A stretch of 42,492 nucleotides of DNA from a virus. Taxonomy: Duplodnaviria; Heunggongvirae; Uroviricota; Caudoviricetes. Of this stretch, positions 30,618-40,690 are shown in pieces. The translations under genes were made by a program, and so were the position numbers. The stretch spans positions 1 to 42,492 of the IMG/VR virus record IMGVR_UViG_2645727821_000010; one strand, given 5' to 3'. Each line of letters starts with the position of its first letter. Within the stretch, counting starts at the first letter, position 1. The notes beneath the pieces were generated by a model. The model saw only the letters and a program-made list of their open reading frames with translations, made no database searches and had not been told where the DNA came from.

Positions 30618-30635
30618 CCCCGGCAGCTGCCGGGG
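30618..30635. terminator. perfect 18-bp palindrome CCCCGGCAGCTGCCGGGG between the convergent pro and lysis genes
   Basis: 9-bp GC-rich stem read directly; A-run upstream and T-containing tract downstream. Confidence 0.7.
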
Positions 30636-30651
30636 TTCTCGTTAACTATTA

Positions 30652-30903
30652 TCACCTTCGCCTGCGTGCCATATATTTGCGCACCGCGCGGCCTGGACAA
30701 TCTGAAGCTGTTTCTTTCTGCTGCATCAATCTCGCGGCCATGCTCAAAAATGTCAGGCACAGCCGAAGCCCGGCATACAATAGCGGTTCCAGTGGCCACG
30801 TCTCATTGAGCACATATACCGCCATGAAAATCGAGTCGAAAACTATCGCCGCCAGCGATAACTTCATTGTCGAAAGTCGGCGGAGCTGCCTGAGTTTATT
30901 CAT
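30652..30903 (-). CDS. small membrane protein, 83 aa, downstream of lyz (lysis-associated by position)
   Basis: ORF track; two hydrophobic segments; overlaps the lyz stop by 8 nt. Confidence 0.4.
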   Translation of the reverse strand: MNKLRQLRRLSTMKLSLAAIVFDSIFMAVYVLNETWPLEPLLYAGLRLCLTFLSMAARLMQQKETASDCPGRAVRKYMARRRR

Positions 30904-31453
30904 TGACCAGCCCCGTCAGGCAAAGCTGGCGTTCTTTTTCACGGCGAATCTTTAAACCTCGCAAGGGCACGCCGTTACTGTTCACGAAATCAGGGAGATG
31001 GTTACACATATTCACCCATTCCCCTTTCTGCGCCCACTTGTGGATGGACGTTTCGACTCGCATGCCTCGCGCTTTGCTGTAGTAGGTCCGTAAACTATTG
31101 CATCCCATATTGAATGCCGCGCTTGTCATTGCGCTGAAGGCATTATCGGGCATGTCTTTGCCCCGGAAGTGCTGATTAATACAGCGTTCAGCGATCAGGA
31201 TATTCTTTTCCCAATCAGCGGCGATTTGCTGGTCGTTTTTTCGAACACCCGGTGTAACTCCGTGGGTATTGCCAATCCCGTCAGTCCACACCCCCGCCGG
31301 GCACATGTATGGATCACGTCGGCAACCTTCAGCGTTTCCGATAAGCTCAAGCCCCGCCTGGTTGGTTCGCACATTGCCATTACCCATCACGATGGTAATC
31401 ATCACCGCGATAGCGCAAATTGCACCGCCTCCTGCGGCTGTTTTTCCCTTCAT
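30896..31453 (-). CDS. lyz: Lyz, signal-anchor-release (SAR) endolysin, 185 aa
   Basis: Translation MKGKTAAGGGAICAIAVMITIVMGNGNVRTNQAGLE... recognised as P1 Lyz; GAGGT ribosome-binding site; internal start of ORF 30896..31552. Confidence 0.9.
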   Translation of the reverse strand: MKGKTAAGGGAICAIAVMITIVMGNGNVRTNQAGLELIGNAEGCRRDPYMCPAGVWTDGIGNTHGVTPGVRKNDQQIAADWEKNILIAERCINQHFRGKDMPDNAFSAMTSAAFNMGCNSLRTYYSKARGMRVETSIHKWAQKGEWVNMCNHLPDFVNSNGVPLRGLKIRREKERQLCLTGLVNE

Positions 31454-31550
31454 AAAGACCTCATAAGCGAATTTTTTACGCTCCAGGACAAACACCCATT
31501 CACAGCCAATACCGACTGACTCGATCCCTTTAGAAGGCACAGGATAATGC

Positions 31551-31564
31551 AAATCACTTGTTAG
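31551..31564 (-). promoter_or_regulatory. late-promoter-like motif (minus strand CTAACAAGTGATTT) upstream of lyz
   Basis: Same ACAAGTGA core as the pacA, mat and prt sites. Confidence 0.4.
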
Positions 31565-31586
31565 CTACGTTTCAAAGATATACATT

Positions 31587-31603
31587 ATTGCTCTAATTAA
31601 TTT
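31587..31603 (+). promoter_or_regulatory. C1 operator ATTGCTCTAATTAATTT upstream of ssb
   Basis: Matches the C1 operator consensus at 16 of 17 positions. Confidence 0.75.
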
Positions 31604-31622
31604 ATTTTATTAGGTAAGATAA

Positions 31623-32111
31623 GTGGCACAACGCGGTGTAAACAAAGTCATCCTGATTGGTACCCTGGGGCAAGACCCGGAGATCAGGTATATACCAAAT
31701 GGCGGAGCGGTCGGAAGACTCAGCATCGCAACGAATGAATCATGGCGCGACAAGCAAACGGGCCAACAGAAAGAGCAAACAGAATGGCATAGAGTCGTTT
31801 TGTTCGGGAAACTTGCTGAAATTGCGAGTGAGTATTTACGAAAAGGTTCTCAGGTCTACATCGAAGGGAAACTTAAAACCCGTAAGTGGACAGATGACGC
31901 CGGTGTAGAACGTTACACGACGGAAATTATCGTCAGCCAGGGCGGAACTATGCAAATGATCGGCGCCCGCCGCGACGATTCACAGTCCTCAAATGGCTGG
32001 GGGCAATCAAACCAACCTCAAAACCACCAGCAATACAGCGGTGGCGGCAAACCTCAGAGCAGCGCCAATAACGAACCTCCAATGGACTTTGACGACGATA
32101 TTCCGTTTTAG
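31623..32111 (+). CDS. ssb: Ssb, single-stranded DNA-binding protein, 162 aa (GTG start)
   Basis: Translation closely resembles E. coli SSB ([22 protein letters not shown]..., acidic DDDIPF tail). Confidence 0.95.
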   Translation: MAQRGVNKVILIGTLGQDPEIRYIPNGGAVGRLSIATNESWRDKQTGQQKEQTEWHRVVLFGKLAEIASEYLRKGSQVYIEGKLKTRKWTDDAGVERYTTEIIVSQGGTMQMIGARRDDSQSSNGWGQSNQPQNHQQYSGGGKPQSSANNEPPMDFDDDIPF

Positions 32112-32151
32112 AGTTAACTTGTGAGTTATTTGTAAATAGTTCATACACAGG

Positions 32152-32180
32152 CCCCTGTTAATACAGGGGATTTTTATTTC
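32152..32180 (+). terminator. intrinsic terminator CCCCTGT-TAAT-ACAGGGG followed by ATTTTTATTT
   Basis: 7-bp stem and T-tract 40 bp after the ssb stop. Confidence 0.75.
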
Positions 32181-32359
32181 TAGTAACTATAAGAGGTGTT
32201 AATTATTAATTGACAATCTTTAGTGTTTCGCGCACCTTGCAAGTATCCAATATTTACTGATTGTGGACGCATAAAGAAGATCCACAGCGTTACAAATTTG
32301 TATTTCTTTCTTCAGCAATTAAGCAGGCGACTTGCTCTATCCTGCCCAAAGGAACACGT

Positions 32360-33715
32360 ATGACACACTGCAAAGAAAATACTTGGTATGAGCGTCAAGG
32401 GTACAATACCACCCGCCCGAATGAGATAAGGTCGGAGTATGAACGTGATCTTTCCCGGTTAATCCACTCTTCCGCTTTTAGGAGATTACAATCGAAGACG
32501 CAGGTGTTGGGATTGGGCGAAAGCGATTTCTACCGTACGCGTCTAACTCACTCTATGGAAGTAGCGCAAATTGGCGGCGGTATCTTGTCTCAGTTGTCTA
32601 AGCGCGATACAGATGAGGGGGGTAAATTCTTACCTGACCCAAGCCTGATGCAGGCTATCTGCCTTGCTCATGATATAGGACATCCCCCCTTCGGTCATGG
32701 TGGTGAGGTCGCACTAAACTACTGCATGAGATCCTATGGCGGCTTTGAAGGTAACGGGCAGACACTGCGTATACTCTCCAAACTGGATAAGTACACCGAA
32801 ACCAATGGGCTGGATCCCACCCGTAGACTTATTTTAGGCGTACTGAAATATCCAGCAAGCTATTCAGAGGTCGTCAATGAGAGGGCTTACAGCCAGTTAC
32901 AGCCAAGAAGCAATGAGTGGTTGTTTAAATCATCCGAATTTAAGCCCCCGAAATGTTACCTGGACTCTGAGGAGAACACTGTTAGATTCGCACTCCAACC
33001 TTTTGATAGTGATGATGTTAAGTTATTCAAAACGGTAAAAACTACCGCGTTGAATAAGCACAAGGAAACAATATATAAAGCACTGGATACAACGATTATG
33101 GACTTGGCTGATGAGATATCCTACTCACTCCATGATCTTGAAGACGCAATTTCTCTGAAGATGATCGACAAAAAAATGTGGGAGGAGCACTTCGAGGACA
33201 AATCCCATTTATTTGCAGCTTGCCAATGCGACTCGTTTAATCTAAAAGCCGATGATGTAGCTGAAAAACTGTTCGGCGAAAGTTATCTACGCAAGGAGTG
33301 CATAGGGACACTTGTTCATCTGATGATCACTAGCGTTAAGCTTGAAGTGCAGAACTCTGATTTCAAAAGTAAAATTTTACGCTATAAAGTGGCACTTCCT
33401 GCCGCGGTAGAAGAGTTACGTAAAGCCATTTTTGAGCTGGTTAGGAACAAAGTTATTCAGCACGAAAACGTCCAACTATTAGAGTTCAAAGGTCAGAAAC
33501 TGATTGTGGAACTATTCAATGTACTGGCAAATGACCCAATACGTTTTCTCCCGACAGAAACTCGAAAGAAATATAATCAAGAGGAAGCAAAAGGTGATGA
33601 TAAAAAAATGCGCGTCATTTGCGACTATGTTTCAGGCATGACAGATGATTACGCTACTCGACTGTATGAGAAAATATTTGTACCGAGAAAAGGCTCTATT
33701 TTTGATAGACTCTGA
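32360..33715 (+). CDS. dgt: dGTPase-like dNTP triphosphohydrolase (HD domain), about 451 aa
   Basis: Motifs RTRLTHSMEVAQIG and HDIGHPPFGH match the Dgt/HD-hydrolase family; ATG at 32360 preceded by AAGGA; internal start of ORF 32261..33715. Confidence 0.85.
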   Translation: MTHCKENTWYERQGYNTTRPNEIRSEYERDLSRLIHSSAFRRLQSKTQVLGLGESDFYRTRLTHSMEVAQIGGGILSQLSKRDTDEGGKFLPDPSLMQAICLAHDIGHPPFGHGGEVALNYCMRSYGGFEGNGQTLRILSKLDKYTETNGLDPTRRLILGVLKYPASYSEVVNERAYSQLQPRSNEWLFKSSEFKPPKCYLDSEENTVRFALQPFDSDDVKLFKTVKTTALNKHKETIYKALDTTIMDLADEISYSLHDLEDAISLKMIDKKMWEEHFEDKSHLFAACQCDSFNLKADDVAEKLFGESYLRKECIGTLVHLMITSVKLEVQNSDFKSKILRYKVALPAAVEELRKAIFELVRNKVIQHENVQLLEFKGQKLIVELFNVLANDPIRFLPTETRKKYNQEEAKGDDKKMRVICDYVSGMTDDYATRLYEKIFVPRKGSIFDRL

Positions 33716-33884
33716 TTTTTTTCTATTATATAGTACGTAGCCGGGTTCCAGAACCGCATAAAATTAGATCTGGATATAATTCATTTAATTATCTGTTATA
33801 TGCCAAACATAACGATATATAATAGTGGATTAGATGTTACAACTTGACGCAGAATAAATAGCTTTTATTGGCGCATGATGCAAA

Positions 33885-33906
33885 CCCCGCAATGAAGCGG
33901 GGTTTT
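33885..33906. terminator. bidirectional terminator AAA-CCCCGC-AATGAA-GCGGGG-TTTT
   Basis: 6-bp GC stem flanked by an A-run and a T-run, directly 3' of the minus-strand gene 33923..34291. Confidence 0.65.
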
Positions 33907-33922
33907 AACTGTGGTAAATGAG

Positions 33923-34291
33923 TTATAATCTTTTAATCAGGCTCTCAATATTAGTTGGTTCAAAGTAATGCTTATTAACCTCTCCATTTATGAGGAAACC
34001 GTCTTTTAGTAGTCGGTCTAGCTCACGCTCTGCTTCTTTGTTGAACATACCTGGATATATTCTCTTGTACAACTGAAACGTACCATTCATATTCCTGTAA
34101 GCATTCTCAGCAATTTCAATGGAGATTTCATTTCCGGCGTTAAATACAGGAATGAATATCTCAAGAATATCATTCTTTAACTTCTGTTTAAGTTTCTTTT
34201 TTTCAACAATATTAGAATAAAAGATACCTAAAAAAAATGTGCAGATACCAGGAAGCCAATTATTAACGAAAACCTCAGACAAAGCGTCCAC
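33923..34291 (-). CDS. small hypothetical membrane-anchored protein, 122 aa (GTG start), low GC
   Basis: ORF track; N-terminal hydrophobic helix WLPGICTFFLGIFYSNIV; GGAG upstream of the GTG. Confidence 0.45.
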   Translation of the reverse strand: MDALSEVFVNNWLPGICTFFLGIFYSNIVEKKKLKQKLKNDILEIFIPVFNAGNEISIEIAENAYRNMNGTFQLYKRIYPGMFNKEAERELDRLLKDGFLINGEVNKHYFEPTNIESLIKRL

Positions 34292-34497
34292 TATCTTACT
34301 CCAGAGTTAAGATTGATTCTCATAACGCACAAACTCCGTTCAAGGCGATTTTTATATTACAAACTATACATAAACGCTGATCAATATCTCCAGATTTTGT
34401 GTGCCTGTGCATGAATATGCACTAATCATAATCGACCAGAACTTCCGTTAATCGCTAAACTCGAACGATTCTAGCCACATAGACGATCTGTTAGTAT

Positions 34498-34806
34498 CTA
34501 ATATACAAACTGATCCACATGATCACCCAAATCATCGTCGTCGTCCTCATCGCCACCCTCTACTGCTGGCCAATCAACAAACCAGCCAGCGTAAAGATGC
34601 AGCGTTCGGAGAACATCACTTGCGGGAGCATCAAGGGTGTTAACGAATCCCATATAGCTATTGGGATTTGCCCCAGCTATGGCTTCAGCGATCATGTCCT
34701 CGGTAATGTCACCGGAGATAATGCTTAAACGCCCGGAAACTTCTTCATTATCATCAAATTCGATAATGGCATCTCCGCCTAATGGCGCTGCGATTTTAAT
34801 CTGCAT
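34498..34806 (-). CDS. hypothetical acidic protein, 102 aa, immediately downstream of ddrB
   Basis: ORF track; AAGGAG ribosome-binding site; Asp/Glu-rich C-terminus. Confidence 0.5.
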   Translation of the reverse strand: MQIKIAAPLGGDAIIEFDDNEEVSGRLSIISGDITEDMIAEAIAGANPNSYMGFVNTLDAPASDVLRTLHLYAGWFVDWPAVEGGDEDDDDDLGDHVDQFVY

Positions 34807-37783
34807 TATTTAGCTCCTTTGCCACACCTAATAACAGTTCCAGCAATCCGTCACCATTCATCAGTGATGCGGCAGCGGCCTCTTTGTCATGATACAACTG
34901 AAGAGCCATAGAGAATACTTCCGTTGCTGACGTTTTGGAAATAGTCGGTGATTTCTGCCGAATTTTCCCGGTGTTACTTACTGAGGCTGGCGGGTATACC
35001 TTCGCCATATAAATATTACTCAATCGAGATCTGAAGCACCATTCAGGCTTGCCACGCCCACCGATATTGACGAAAGATGGCTTATCCCCTTCAACATTGG
35101 CCTTCAGGAATGACCGGGCTTTCTCTAACAAACCAGGGTTACTGTACTCAAGATGATGACCCAGCTCGTGCCACAGTGCACTTGCATTTTCATCGTTCAA
35201 ATTGACAGCAACAACACCATTAAGATTTGCATATGCCCTTCCCTGGTGGTGAACTACCTTTGATAAGGTCGATATTTTCCCGCCGGTCAGGCGATAAATA
35301 TCAGCAAGTTCCTTGCGCAGGTCTATCCCACCATTCTGTCCAGCGCGGACTTCTTCCACTTCTTCTGTGATAAAAGAGTCGGCCCACTCAAGAGCTTTTT
35401 CTTCAGATACGGATGAGTTTGCGATCGCACTGTTCATGGCAGATAACACTTTCTCGTGGACCGAACCCATACTTCGCTGATTCATTTGCCAGCGTGTCTG
35501 CGGGTTATATGAGAATCGCTTAAGTAGTTGGTCAAGCTGCTCAAGTTCTTCTTCACTGACATACTTTTTAGCCTCACCAATAATGCCAGGGAGAATATTG
35601 CCGTTAGGATTAAACGCTCGCGAAAGGAAGAGTTTCAGCGCCCCCATGCCCTCCGATGCTTCAATATCACCAATAACCCGGTTAACAATGGCCGCACTCT
35701 TCGGATTAGCATCCGCCAACGCTCTGGCTACGATTTGCAGGGACGATACGACCTCACGCTGCATATCAGTCCTGATCTCATCAATAAACTCTGGCGTTAT
35801 GCCGTGCTCTTTAAGGATATCCCGGCCTTCCGCCGTTACCCCATCGATATCACCGACATGTTTATTAACACGACTTTGCAATGCCTTAAATGCCTTCAGA
35901 ATTCCACGTGCATCATCCGCTTTACTAACGGCCTTCCTGAATGCTGGCAAGAAGTCTGAGTTAACCTCATTTTGTTGATCGGCCCACTGAATGGAGGCTT
36001 CTTTCATCTCGTCCAGAGTCAGATCACCCAACGCGGTATGGTCTGTGAATATGAGCGATAACCTCTGAACCATTTCTGCCAATGGTGATGCTGATTGCGC
36101 CGCGCTAAGGAATGCTTTCACTCTGGTTGGGCGAATGGAAAACCAGTCAATAGCTGGTGGCATATCTCCGTTTTTTATCGCCTGCGCTATCTCATCAAAG
36201 CCGTCGCGCCCAAGGGAGGATGCGTGATTTAACAATCCGCGAAGTAACGAATTGCTGATACCGAATAATCGGCACCATTTTTTCACGTCGGCAACAGGCA
36301 TTCGAACAAAATGCGCAAGCACTTGTACAAGCTGTTCATCCTGGGGATCTGTGCGGGAAAGCAGCCTGATCAGATGAATAATGTCTTTGATGCCGGATGC
36401 CCGATGTAATAGCAAACTGGTATACGGAGCAACACCGTTGTAACTACCGCCGGAAACGGACTCGAAAAGACCGCCGGATATCCCTTGCATGCCTTCGTTT
36501 TCCAGTTCCTGAGACACCTGGCGAAGGATATCCTGTAACGACACATCGCCGCCGCCAAACATATCCCCCAGCGCCTGGCCCTGGTGCTGTAACTCATCAT
36601 TGATACGTTGAGCCATCAACTTAAAGGCGGTGGCCATACGCTTCGCGCTACGGTTATTCGCGACGATGAACAACGCGAGTGCTTTCACTTCCGGGGCCGT
36701 TTCGCTGAACATATCCCCCTGAGCAATAACATCGGTAATATGCTGGCCTGACTCCTTCGATTGCCTTACCAGGTCTACCGCATCTTTCAATGCCTCCAGC
36801 GCCTTTTTATCGAGGCTATCCGCTGTCTCAATGCCATCAACAATAGTTGTCACAGCCTGCTTGTGCGCTTCTCCTGATAAAGCCTGCATCTGGACAAAAT
36901 CATTGGCTGCCGCATTAAGCGCCGTCAGAACATTACGCATATCCGGATCAGGTTCTTCTGCAACCATCCTTACCAAGCGCGCATCCTTATATGCCTTGGC
37001 AAAGATCGCGTTTTGTATACGGTCTACAAGTTGCCGTGTTGGTCGCCCATCTTCAGTTACAAGGCCAGCCGCCTGTGTGGCACCAACTTGCGTCATAAAT
37101 CCGCGAATAAACGCGTCATTACTGCGGCTAAGCAGATCTCCACTTTCTGACGGGTTAAACAACGCCATCATCGCCGGTGTTATGCTGTCGGCATCAACAA
37201 AAGCCTTTTCACTGGCTGCCATTTCCTGGAGATCAGAAATATTTGAGTCCTTGGCAAACTGAACACGGTCAACCTTCGTTAACCGGCGGCGCACCAGTAC
37301 CGGAGCCGTCATTGATTCAACCTTTTCAGGCCGTATGCCGAATTCGGTCGCATGTTCAATCAGGTACTCCCGATACCGATCCGCATTACCGTCCTGATAG
37401 GCTTTAATGATCCCCATGGTCCGCCCATTACCTGACTCAACGGCATTGTCCTCACCAATTATTGGCGCGCCATGGCTGGATAAACCGGAATCGGTAAGCT
37501 GGGCAGGACGCAAATCCTTGGATATCTGGTTGACCTGAAGAAGGCTGGATGCGCGGGTCCGGTCGCGCGGCTGAAGTTCCTGGGGATAGTCTGGATTAAT
37601 TTTCCCATCCAGAGTATTGGATACCAAAAGAACTGAGGCATCGACGATATCAAACGCTGTTTTTACCTCGTCTCCCTTCGCTGTCACCACATACGAAACC
37701 CGCCCATAATCGGGCAGGTTCTTTAGCAGCTCGATCAGCGTTTCTATGCTGGTGGCCATTACCACCTGATCGCTTAAGCTCAT
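34796..37783 (-). CDS. ddrB: DdrB-like large virion-associated antirestriction component, 995 aa
   Basis: Size and position after ddrA in the darA operon, as in P1. Confidence 0.75.
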   Translation of the reverse strand: MSLSDQVVMATSIETLIELLKNLPDYGRVSYVVTAKGDEVKTAFDIVDASVLLVSNTLDGKINPDYPQELQPRDRTRASSLLQVNQISKDLRPAQLTDSGLSSHGAPIIGEDNAVESGNGRTMGIIKAYQDGNADRYREYLIEHATEFGIRPEKVESMTAPVLVRRRLTKVDRVQFAKDSNISDLQEMAASEKAFVDADSITPAMMALFNPSESGDLLSRSNDAFIRGFMTQVGATQAAGLVTEDGRPTRQLVDRIQNAIFAKAYKDARLVRMVAEEPDPDMRNVLTALNAAANDFVQMQALSGEAHKQAVTTIVDGIETADSLDKKALEALKDAVDLVRQSKESGQHITDVIAQGDMFSETAPEVKALALFIVANNRSAKRMATAFKLMAQRINDELQHQGQALGDMFGGGDVSLQDILRQVSQELENEGMQGISGGLFESVSGGSYNGVAPYTSLLLHRASGIKDIIHLIRLLSRTDPQDEQLVQVLAHFVRMPVADVKKWCRLFGISNSLLRGLLNHASSLGRDGFDEIAQAIKNGDMPPAIDWFSIRPTRVKAFLSAAQSASPLAEMVQRLSLIFTDHTALGDLTLDEMKEASIQWADQQNEVNSDFLPAFRKAVSKADDARGILKAFKALQSRVNKHVGDIDGVTAEGRDILKEHGITPEFIDEIRTDMQREVVSSLQIVARALADANPKSAAIVNRVIGDIEASEGMGALKLFLSRAFNPNGNILPGIIGEAKKYVSEEELEQLDQLLKRFSYNPQTRWQMNQRSMGSVHEKVLSAMNSAIANSSVSEEKALEWADSFITEEVEEVRAGQNGGIDLRKELADIYRLTGGKISTLSKVVHHQGRAYANLNGVVAVNLNDENASALWHELGHHLEYSNPGLLEKARSFLKANVEGDKPSFVNIGGRGKPEWCFRSRLSNIYMAKVYPPASVSNTGKIRQKSPTISKTSATEVFSMALQLYHDKEAAAASLMNGDGLLELLLGVAKELNNAD

Positions 37784-37795
37784 CCCTGTTACGCC

Positions 37796-38161
37796 TTATG
37801 CTGCCTCTTTAATGTTGGCGGCTATCCATGCCGCCGTGTGCTGTTTAACCTGGTCCAGGTCGATGTATGTGCCAACATATTGACTCAAATCCTGCAAGGT
37901 ACCGATAAATGCATCGGTGCTCTGATCGACGAATTTATCAGCCAGGAAATCAGCAACCAGTTTTGGCACACCATCATGTACCGAAGGTTGTTTTTCCTCG
38001 CCACTACTGCCGCCGGACACACCGTACCCCATCTGTTGCATGATCTGGTCAATTTCATCGCTGATATCCAGCAACTCCATGCCACTCGCGGTAGCCGCTT
38101 TGGACATCAGAGCATCCAACTTATCGCTGAGATCCATTAACTCAATAGCTGATAGTGTCAT
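37796..38161 (-). CDS. ddrA: DdrA-like protein, 121 aa
   Basis: Position between darA and ddrB; ATGA overlap with darA. Confidence 0.65.
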   Translation of the reverse strand: MTLSAIELMDLSDKLDALMSKAATASGMELLDISDEIDQIMQQMGYGVSGGSSGEEKQPSVHDGVPKLVADFLADKFVDQSTDAFIGTLQDLSQYVGTYIDLDQVKQHTAAWIAANIKEAA

Positions 38162-40077
38162 GCCGCTACCCCCGCTTTCTGGATTGCTACCAGCAGATCA
38201 GCCAGGTGGCGAGCAGCGCCATTAACCAGCTCTTCGTTTTCCTCAAAACGCCCGGCAGCCTGAAGGGCTGCAATCGCTTCCCGGACATTACCCCGGGCGT
38301 TACGGATCTCCGCCATGTCAGTGCTTTGCATATCCATCACGTTATTGAGATATTCAATGGCTTTATTAGCCTCTGCATCTGCTTCGCTAACCGTTTCATC
38401 AGGCTGTGCCGGGGCAGGTTCTGGCTGAGTAATCTCACCGACTTCGGCCTGCAATGCATTGATCATGCTCTGCACCATTTTCTCGGTGCCAGCGCCCCCC
38501 GGAAACGCAATATTGGGGAAAGTTTTTTGAAACTGAGTTTTCAGCATTACGCGGAACTCGTCTGGTGAGCTGGTGGCCAGCTCCAGAGCTTTTTGTGCAT
38601 ATTTGCCAAACGGACCATTAGTAAGTGTCTTCGCCAGGAAGTCGAAAGAATCCTCGCGAGGCAATAACTTCAGGTCGTACTCACTCATTTGCTGATCAGA
38701 AAGCGGGGTATCGTAAGTAGCAATGCCGTAGCGTGCATATTCATAATACGGGTCACCTTCATCAGGGCGCGGCAGAATTGCTTTGTTACCTTCAGGTATT
38801 GCGCCAGGGGCCGCCGGACGCATTTGCAGGGCATATCGATATGCACCTACAGAGACTTCTGGTTCAGGCGAAGAGCTACCGGTATCCTCCGCTGGTTCAG
38901 GTTCGACGTTTTCCGGTTTATGTTCTTCTGGTTGGACCAGGTATTCCGATACATTACCCGCTTTATAGGCTTTAAACAGCTTGCCGATCGCATCTGCCAT
39001 GTCCACACCCTGTATGGATTTAGCCTTGATCATGTACACGCTGCCATCCGAATCGGTTAACTGGATATACCCTTCACCGTCCTCAATGAATTGCTTCATT
39101 GATGCACCATTACTGAGCGTCACTTCCCCGTTCATATGCATACGATTTTTGATACTTGCAAGGCGATCCGTCATCGCGCGAGAGTGTCCACCAGTCATCC
39201 CCGCAGGAGCAATGGTTTCGCGCCCACCAGTTCGATTGAGCTGATCAATCTCCGTCTGCAAACGCTCATTCTCTTCATAAAGAGAATCCGCTTCCGATGC
39301 AACAGCGTTAATTTTCTGCTCCAGATCTACCTTCTGCCCTTCTACCGCTGCCACCTGATCCGCGAGGTCGCTCATGGCATCCTCTTTCTGGTCACTGTCA
39401 GCCTGTAGTTGGGTTATTTCATCAACCAGGGCTTTTTTCTTCTTCTGCGCACGCTGGAATTTTGCCGAGTTTTTCTCTGCAAGGTTGGCAAGTTTCATGG
39501 TGACCTGCGCCAGCGTCATATCACGTCCACTCATCGGAGCAACGGTATGAGTAACGTCTTTTTTATTCAGTAAGAACTGGAAAGCAATCAGCGTATCGCT
39601 ATTGGTGATCCGGTTTTCCGCTGTCGGGCTATGAAACAGAATGCTGATAGTCTGACCATCACTGAGCGGAATAATGGCTGGCAGGACCGGCAGCCCGTTA
39701 ACGTTACGTGCCCGGCCAATTTCAGCCCCGCCGATCGCGCGTGCACCGTTCTGGGCCACATCCCCCGTTTTATCACTCCCCGCAGAGATTCCGGTACCAT
39801 TCAGCTTCTGGTTCAATGCCCGGACAAATGCCTGCATGGTCCGGTGTAGCTGCAAACGAGTAGAACTAATCGCCTCCAGTAAATCCGTAGCACACCAGTG
39901 GATCGGCGTGTCATAGAAGAACGTAGCCTCGATTTCCTCCAGGGTGTTGGATTCCGTCATCAGATAGCGGTCCTCACCGGCCATTAATGCGCGATATTCA
40001 TCATCAGTCACTGGCGGGGGAAGCACGTCAAGCCCAGGCTTGATCGTCACCCCTTTATTGATATTGAACTGTTCCAT
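38158..40077 (-). CDS. darA: DarA, defence against restriction protein A (internal head protein), 639 aa
   Basis: Size and operon context (hdf-darA-ddrA-ddrB) as in P1. Confidence 0.8.
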   Translation of the reverse strand: MEQFNINKGVTIKPGLDVLPPPVTDDEYRALMAGEDRYLMTESNTLEEIEATFFYDTPIHWCATDLLEAISSTRLQLHRTMQAFVRALNQKLNGTGISAGSDKTGDVAQNGARAIGGAEIGRARNVNGLPVLPAIIPLSDGQTISILFHSPTAENRITNSDTLIAFQFLLNKKDVTHTVAPMSGRDMTLAQVTMKLANLAEKNSAKFQRAQKKKKALVDEITQLQADSDQKEDAMSDLADQVAAVEGQKVDLEQKINAVASEADSLYEENERLQTEIDQLNRTGGRETIAPAGMTGGHSRAMTDRLASIKNRMHMNGEVTLSNGASMKQFIEDGEGYIQLTDSDGSVYMIKAKSIQGVDMADAIGKLFKAYKAGNVSEYLVQPEEHKPENVEPEPAEDTGSSSPEPEVSVGAYRYALQMRPAAPGAIPEGNKAILPRPDEGDPYYEYARYGIATYDTPLSDQQMSEYDLKLLPREDSFDFLAKTLTNGPFGKYAQKALELATSSPDEFRVMLKTQFQKTFPNIAFPGGAGTEKMVQSMINALQAEVGEITQPEPAPAQPDETVSEADAEANKAIEYLNNVMDMQSTDMAEIRNARGNVREAIAALQAAGRFEENEELVNGAARHLADLLVAIQKAGVAA

Positions 40078-40078
40078 G

Positions 40079-40690
40079 TTAATTTCCTGCTTTCAGTTGC
40101 TTAAGACGGCGTTTGAGTTCGCCATTTCGGGCCTTTTCGTTATTGAGTCGGCCTGTCTCCTTATCCAGCTTCGCCCGCAAATCAGTGATCTGCTGTTGAT
40201 TGAAAGACACCGAGTTCTGCGCTGATTTATAAGCGGCAACCACCTGAGCATTCCGCTGTTTTGCCTCTTGCAGGCGCTGAAAGTTGGATTTTACTGCCGG
40301 TTTCTTGTCTACCGGATTGGCAACACGTTTCGCTTTGGCGATCAGTGATTTCTGGAATTTTGCGGAGTTTTTGCGGGCCGCTTGCCCCATGACGGTACCA
40401 AGCGTCTTGATATCCGGCGACTGAGCGTTAGGAATAGCTTTTCCATTCAGCCTCACAGACGATATATCGCCAGTATCGTTTACCTGTATGGCAAGAATTT
40501 GTCCGTCGTTAAGAACCAGCTTTGCGGTTTTAACTTTAACGCCATCTTTCGTTGTTGCGCGGTTGCTGGAGTCAACCTCAATTACCGTAACACCGGTTTT
40601 ATTGATCGCCGCGATAAGGGATTTCAGCCCCTTTTCATTAACCTGGTCAAAATCGACCGTTGCATACTTATTTTTCGTCATCTGACACAT
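40079..40690 (-). CDS. hdf: Hdf-like protein, 203 aa
   Basis: Position between lydB and darA; assigned by synteny. Confidence 0.55.
   Translation of the reverse strand: MCQMTKNKYATVDFDQVNEKGLKSLIAAINKTGVTVIEVDSSNRATTKDGVKVKTAKLVLNDGQILAIQVNDTGDISSVRLNGKAIPNAQSPDIKTLGTVMGQAARKNSAKFQKSLIAKAKRVANPVDKKPAVKSNFQRLQEAKQRNAQVVAAYKSAQNSVSFNQQQITDLRAKLDKETGRLNNEKARNGELKRRLKQLKAGN

Noticed and set aside
30896-31552. Long 218-aa form of lyz.
   Set aside because: P1 Lyz begins MKGKTAAGG at 31453, where there is a GAGGT ribosome-binding site; the upstream extension has no start signal.
35528-37407. Plus-strand ORFs antisense to ddrB (for example 35528..35959, 35583..35978, 36831..37262).
   Set aside because: Contained within the 995-codon minus-strand gene; no independent start signals.
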